From the NCBI GenBank assembly GCA_003344405.1, contig NOWV01000300.1, positions 1-58,738 on the forward strand: a stretch of DNA of 58,738 bases, in the 5' to 3' direction. Every line of letters begins with the position of its first letter. The first letter of the stretch is position 1. The stretch comes from Trichoplax sp. H2 (lineage: Eukaryota). Position numbers and translations under genes: made by a program. This document shows, in pieces, positions 52,901 to 58,738 of this stretch. The notes under the pieces were generated by a model that did not search any database, was not told the origin of the DNA, and was given only the letters and a program-made list of their open reading frames with translations.

Positions 52901-55183
52901 GACAAAATAGAACCCTATCTAGCCCTCGGTATTACGTACGACTATGGACCTATTTGGGACATGAAATGGTGCCCATCGGGGTGCTGGCAGCAACAGACTT
53001 ACGAAAAATCCGATTTAGTAAGTTAAGTTAAATTCTGAACTTGTAAAAAACTAATATTATTTGGTATTAAGAATTAATATACTACTGTAAACTAAAAACT
53101 AGTCATCCAGACTTGGACTTTTAGCAATGGCATGTGGGGATGGCAAAGTTCGCGTATTAAGGCGAGTATTATACATCAATTACGATGATAATAACATTAA
53201 TCTTACGTAACTTTTATTATTCATGTACCTAATACAGTGTACCTCAGCCCGCAAGTCTCCGTCAACAGCAAAAGACCAAAGAAGGTTAGTCTATACCGCA
53301 CCAGCAGAAAAGTTTCAGAAGCATCAAAATGTTTGACCCTTTTAAATATTTTTTTTAACCAAAATGTAGTGATCTTTAATATCATTCCACATGCCATCTT
53401 AATACCTAAATACGATGACATTACTAATAGTGGCCAAGCAATATGCCTGGCATGGATGTCAAGCAATCAACATCGCTTCCTTGCTGCTGGCTTCGCAGAT
53501 GGTTAACGCACTAAAATTTTTGATAGGAATAGTTTCATTGAAACTTTATATGTCGTAAATTTTAGTTATATTAAAACTATATAAATGTAAACCCTAGGTA
53601 CAATCGCAATATGGGATCTGATGACGGAATCACGGCTATTGCTTTGTAATCATTTTAATGAATCTCAGATGACTCGATGTACGTGTACATTATGCAATAA
53701 GATGGCCTTGTATTTTAATCCTTTTTTGTTTACCTTAAGGATCTAATTATTATTATTATTGAATAGACTACTTTCCATTTCGCATTATTGCTGGACATGA
53801 CAGTGTTATCCGTAGCATTGCATGGTGTCCATCGAATGGAGATTACTTTGCAACAGGTACTTAAAGATGAATTTATCTTCATACATACTATTTCTTATGT
53901 AATAGTACAGAATCTCCTATATCCTATGTACGCGTATTTTTTACTTACCATAGCTGGACACGACAGATGCATTAAAGTATGGGACTTTAGTGATTTAAAT
54001 AAGCCGATACGGTCTTGGAAGAAAGGTTTCAATATAACCTTTAAAATCAGCTCAGGCTCTATTTGTTATACCTTTCGTAATACATCTATTTTTTTATCAA
54101 GGGTGGTTTACAAGTATTGTCTGGCCCCGTCATCGACGTTTTCTTTTTCTCACCGAAGAAGATTCTACTTCTGGGTACTTTCATATTTTTGTTTTAAGGA
54201 GTAAGTTTAGAATACGGTTTCATTTCTTATAATTTAAAATAGATACGGAACCGCCAATTATACAGACATTAGTAGCCGAAATGACGCCCAAATTGTGAAT
54301 TTGATTAAACATAGCGGCGCTTCCCTGGTTAGTAAATGTTATATTAATAGCTTAACATGTTACTTCAATAACAACATAAGTTGTTAGGTGACTAACGAGA
54401 TTAAATCCTTCTTCATTTGGTAGGCTCAGAGCTTTTCAGAGTGGTCAACTAATATCGTAAGCGGTAGTGAGTGTGGGGAGCTATACGGTTTTAATACTGC
54501 ACAAGTTTTGACTAGCGGAACGATATCAACAAAATTCAATCAAAGAAGTAAATATTTCTGGGTCAGTTTGTGGTTGACTTATTTTATGAAGAAACTACCA
54601 AATACATTTTGTCGGAAAGTTAATTTGTTATTTTCAAATTTTGGCTTAGATCGTATATGAATCAAAGATAGAAAACAATACCCAATCTAACGTCTCAAAT
54701 GATCAAGACTACATAATAACTTATAAAGAATATGGTTTAGTATGTTAAAGCCCGTAAAATTAATCATACAAAGTCGTTAGAGAATCGCACTGAAACGTAA
54801 TAAAATTAAACTAATATAATCTATATTTCTAAGGATAAAACATCCTGGTCAAAAAGCGATTATTCAATAGCAAAACCTTCTAAATATAACCCTGTAGCAG
54901 CGTCTTCGCAAAAACCTTTACATGAAGCTATTCAAGCGGTAATCTCAGTTTATGATACCATAGAAATTAAATCACACTGATTACTCTCTTGTTTCCTACT
55001 AGAGCATTTTCACATAAACGTAACGTCATTAAAATTGCTAATAATTATATATTCTTAATTGGATTCGTTTAACAGGTTTCTTGGAACCCAAATCGCGACT
55101 GTCATACTTGGTTGCTATCAGGTAGTAAAAGTGGTATGGTACGTCTTCACAATATTTCAGCTCTCGGAGATATCAATACTTGA
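49933..55183 (+). CDS. GTF3C2: TFIIIC subunit 2 (WD40) with N-terminal ZNF512-like C2HC/C2H2 zinc-finger pairs; 5' end unresolved (candidate first exon 47226-47262)
   Basis: WD part: FVGDPVWTVAWCPIP, EQYVAIS, GIIQLWNCGKL, GPIWDMKWCPSGCW, RLGLLAMACGDGKVRV, FLAAGFADGTIAIWDL, AGHDRCIKVWD, VSWNPNRDCHTWLLSGSKSGMVRLH, stop at 55181-55183. Upstream in-phase exons encode four zinc fingers. Confidence 0.88.
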
Positions 55184-55425
55184 AAATATTTGTTTGAATG
55201 TATTTTGAGAGTATTATTCATTATACTGTAAGTGTTAATGAAATTATTTCACTACGATACTGTTATGTAAAACAGGTCGAAACTTACTGTATATCTATAT
55301 TTATTAGCTATATTATAAATATCATACTACATAATCACTTGGACAACTACAAATCAATGATTGCCATAAAAAATACTGTATATACGATTGTATCTTAAAA
55401 AGTTTTTCCATATTACTGCCCATGC

Positions 55426-55680
55426 CATTGGTGCGGGAAATTTTATCATTTCTTGATCTCCTGGTGTTATAGTACGGTAATAAAGTTTACGTGCTGTTAC
55501 GCTACTGTATATTTTAATTTAAGATAATATACTGTAATCATAATTTGTCAATCATTAATGTGGGAAATTTTGTCATTTCTTGATCTCCTAATGATACAAT
55601 ACAGTATTAAAAGTTCACGTGGTGTCAAGCCACTGTATATTTCAGTTGAAGAGAATATACTGTAATCATAATTTGTCAAT
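55426..55680. repeat. Tandem duplication, 2 units of about 128 bp
   Basis: GGGAAATTTT.TCATTTCTTGATCTCCT...AATATACTGTAATCATAATTTGTCAAT occurs twice, ending at 55552 and 55680. Confidence 0.85.
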
Positions 55681-56255
55681 GGATTTGAATCGAACTATTG
55701 CATTACTCTGGAATATTTCCGTAAGAATCTAATAATTTAAAACTGTTATTATATCTTGTACATAAAGCATTCGTGTGATAGCTGTAATCACAACTGCATT
55801 TTCGAATACTGTACAATCAAAAAACTGAAATAAAAATAATACTGTACTATGTGCTGTACAGTAAATTGTATATAAACTAAAGTAAAATATGTACTACGAA
55901 ATCCGAGGCTGGATGTACCTCAAAATATAATCCTTTGCTCTTTGAATCATCTCGTTTACTATTAAAAGGCGATGATTATCTAGCTTTCCTTATGCAATGA
56001 TACATTACGCAAATTTCTCTTATTTTCATTTTATGTTTCGTTAACATACTGTAGAGACTGCACCGACGAAAAGTATAGATACTTAGATAGGTATAAAGTA
56101 ATAACTGCAATATAATACTGCGATTCTGCATCGAAGTTGCGAAATTGTTTTGAGTTTTATATTCAAAAAGAATCAAAGACCAATTTTGTCTTAAAAGTCG
56201 TTTACTTTATTGATAGCCAAATGATTCTCACATCATCCTTGCTTAAGGTATATGT

Positions 56256-57162
56256 TTAATCGAATAAACCTGAAAACACAAATACATAAGACATTAGTTA
56301 AATCAATCGAAGACAATTGAAGAAAGTAAGTTTTAATACCAAAGTAACTATGTGGAAATTGTAACAATCTCATGACACTAAATACTGTCCATCTTAACCT
56401 TAACTATATTCGTACGGGTAATCAATCGTACTGCATATCATGCTCACATACTGTATTTTATCAGTAATAAGGATATCAATCAACATTATTCATATTGAAT
56501 AGTTCGGCAAGTCTGCGACTACTGACGGCGCTATACTGTACATTAGGGTACAGTGTATTATCAAATATAGTACAGTATGGCGGTAATCATATCACAGCTT
56601 TCACTGCTACACAACCCTTAGCAATATTGCACTCGTAGTCTAAAATTCTGTACAATTACAAGTAACCCTATTAACGCCATCGTGAGCGTCTTATCAACTT
56701 ACCAAAGCCCATATCATCGTCAGATTCTTCTTCTTCTACTTCCTTCTCAGCTTCCTTCTCTGCTGCAGGAGCATCAGTAGCATCGCCACCTCCAGCTGCA
56801 GCGGCAGCGGGTGCTGCGGCAGCGCCGGAACCGACATTGGTAATCAAATCCTTAATATTACGACCAGCGAGTGCTTTGGCGAAAAGATTAGGCCAGTAAG
56901 GTTCGTAGTCTACTTTAGCAGCTTTCAGTAATGCTGTAATTTTATCCGCCTAAATGATACCAATACATTCAAATACAAAATCAGCTACCACATCCAAGAT
57001 TCCAGACTGTATGCCACACTGTACTGTATAAATCGACATCCCTGCAAGGCTATTCAAAGTCGACAAGGAAAAAAAATACCAATTCCTTACCGTGATCTCG
57101 ACCTCATCATCACTTAAGATAAGTGCACTATATACACACGCTAGTTCAGATGTTGATGCCAT
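56256..57162 (-). CDS. RPLP1: 60S acidic ribosomal protein P1, 3 coding exons
   Basis: [75 protein letters not shown]...[15 protein letters not shown]; exons 57162-57091, 56949-56703 and 56269-56256. Confidence 0.98.
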
Positions 57163-57259
57163 TTGTACTTTATGAACACTTTAACTTTTCTTCACAACAA
57201 CTTTAAATGGTGTACGTCGCCGGATGGCCTTAGCTACAAGAGAACGATACACCTTCTCT

Positions 57260-57330
57260 AAAATGGCGCAAGAACGATATCTCAGAGAAGCTGAAAAGAA
57301 GGATTGTCACATGCGTGGAGCAATATAAAA
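57260..57330 (-). promoter_or_regulatory. RPLP1 core promoter: polypyrimidine (TCT/TOP-like) start, TA-rich box and YY1-like motif
   Basis: Minus strand TTTTATATT at about 57330-57322, CCTTCTTTTC at 57302-57293 and CGCCATTTT at 57268-57260. This layout is typical of animal ribosomal protein genes. Confidence 0.6.
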
Positions 57331-58219
57331 GAGCCAATTTTTCCGATTGTCTTGTAGTCTGGGAGTCTGATGCTACGCTTGCGTACTAGGACAGCTTGCA
57401 ACACGCTGCACGTAGTAGTGCGCTGGCCAAGACAGTACAGTCACTCTGCGTCACTGGTACAATAGTACTTACTATTCAGTACTAAGGCCAGTATGGCTAA
57501 GAGCATCAAGGACTTCCTTGGTATATTCTTGTACTTTTTGGCGTCACCGTCAGACACTCAGATCCTCGTGGTATGGGGTTTAAATACTGGGGCATAAAAC
57601 TGCTTTGTAGGCGCATTATGTCCTCCTATCAAATTATGGTGCAGTATAATCAGGGACATTTTCTCTTCCTTTTTTTCTCTTAAAATAGTAGAGACTCTGC
57701 AAAAAAATGTGGAGGCTAATCGTTCTCGCGATCATTCTACAGTACTGTACTGTACACTGTACTGTACAGTATGCTGTGCTTTACAGTGTACAGTGTACAG
57801 TGTATAATGTACAGTACAACTGTACTGTAGTGTACTGTACTGTACAGTACAGTACATCTGAAACCGTTCACTTCACTATACAAAATACTGTATTAAGCAG
57901 CTGCTGTCGCAGTACAGTACAGTACTGTACTACGTACTGAACCCGTTCCAATTTTGTTACCCCACAGAGTTGATAGTACTGTACAGTACAGTACAGCACT
58001 CTACAGTACTTGATACTGGTTGATACAGTATGAAGCTTTGTTTGTACTGTACGTCGAAACGCCCATACTAATTCCAGAAGAAAGCGGAACGGAACGGAAT
58101 ATCGTTATAGCAACAGTTCTTTAATTAATTAATTTATAAATAAGATAAAATTGAAAATAAAATTGGGCANNNNNNNNNNNNNNNNNNNNNNNNNNNNNNN
58201 NNNNNNNNNNNNNNNNNNN

Positions 58220-58738
58220 TAGAAGCTCATAAGCTATCGATTGATATAAATTTCAAATAGATTTGATCAATTCTTAAGCGTTTACTTTCATTTTTCGTAA
58301 TCTGAGGAGAAAATAATCACGCTTGTACAGTCGGTTTTAATAATTTTCCCCAGCATACTGTACTGTACTGTACATTGCGCTGTCACAGCCGCAGTTCTGT
58401 CTGTATACGGTGTAAAGCACCCTCAAAGTGAACGGACGTACAGTACAGATAATCGCGCAGACGAAGCTTGCTACGCACAAATCGGTCTAATCACGGTCAT
58501 CATTAGTATTCATATTAACGTGCTGTACTTATACTGTACAGTATTTTCATTACTATTCTGCGCAGAAATAGTATCTTTGATTCATTGACCCGACGAGCAC
58601 AACTGTTAAAGTAAAATCCGTACAGATTGTGTTCTCTTACTTAAAGTTGTCCCCTTTTGGGCCACCGTAGTTTTTACTAGTACCATTTTTACAGTGTACA
58701 GTACTGTACAACTTTGTATGTGTCCCTTCTGGGCCAGC
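58220..58738 (+). repeat. Near-identical copy of the DNALI1-SERINC intergenic sequence after a 50-N gap
   Basis: 58220-58323 equals 3077-3180; 58324-58738 matches 3664-4060 and carries the variants seen at 2800-2909. Confidence 0.9.

Noticed and set aside
56270..57090. Intronic snoRNA in RPLP1 introns
   Set aside because: No well-formed C/D pair with terminal stem and no complete H/ACA double hairpin could be identified by eye.

Overview
AT-rich, intron-dense animal genomic DNA. The short introns, compact gene spacing and TACAG/CTGTA-rich intergenic DNA suggest a placozoan (Trichoplax-like); this is inference only. Eight spliced protein-coding genes can be reconstructed by hand: DNALI1 (-), SERINC (+), PTP4A/PRL phosphatase (+), PSMF1/PI31 (-), PYCR (-), KIF13-type kinesin-3 (-), a GTF3C2 (TFIIIC-beta) gene with N-terminal ZNF512-type zinc fingers (+) and RPLP1 (-). 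The window also holds a 132-bp TA-flanked MITE with a visible empty site, several tandem duplications, a degraded element of unknown origin at about 9.9-12.3 kb, four N gaps, and duplicated alternative-haplotype-like pieces. Most notable: (1) a spliced uORF in the PRL 5' leader ending DWCQAQHY, resembling the magnesium-responsive uORF of vertebrate PTP4A1/2; (2) one continuous ZNF512-like/GTF3C2 reading frame; (3) a structured RPLP1 5'UTR element with motifs recalled from the human leader, possibly mimicking the stalk-binding rRNA; (4) a 13-nt KIF13 microexon. All comparisons to other species are from memory and need alignment.
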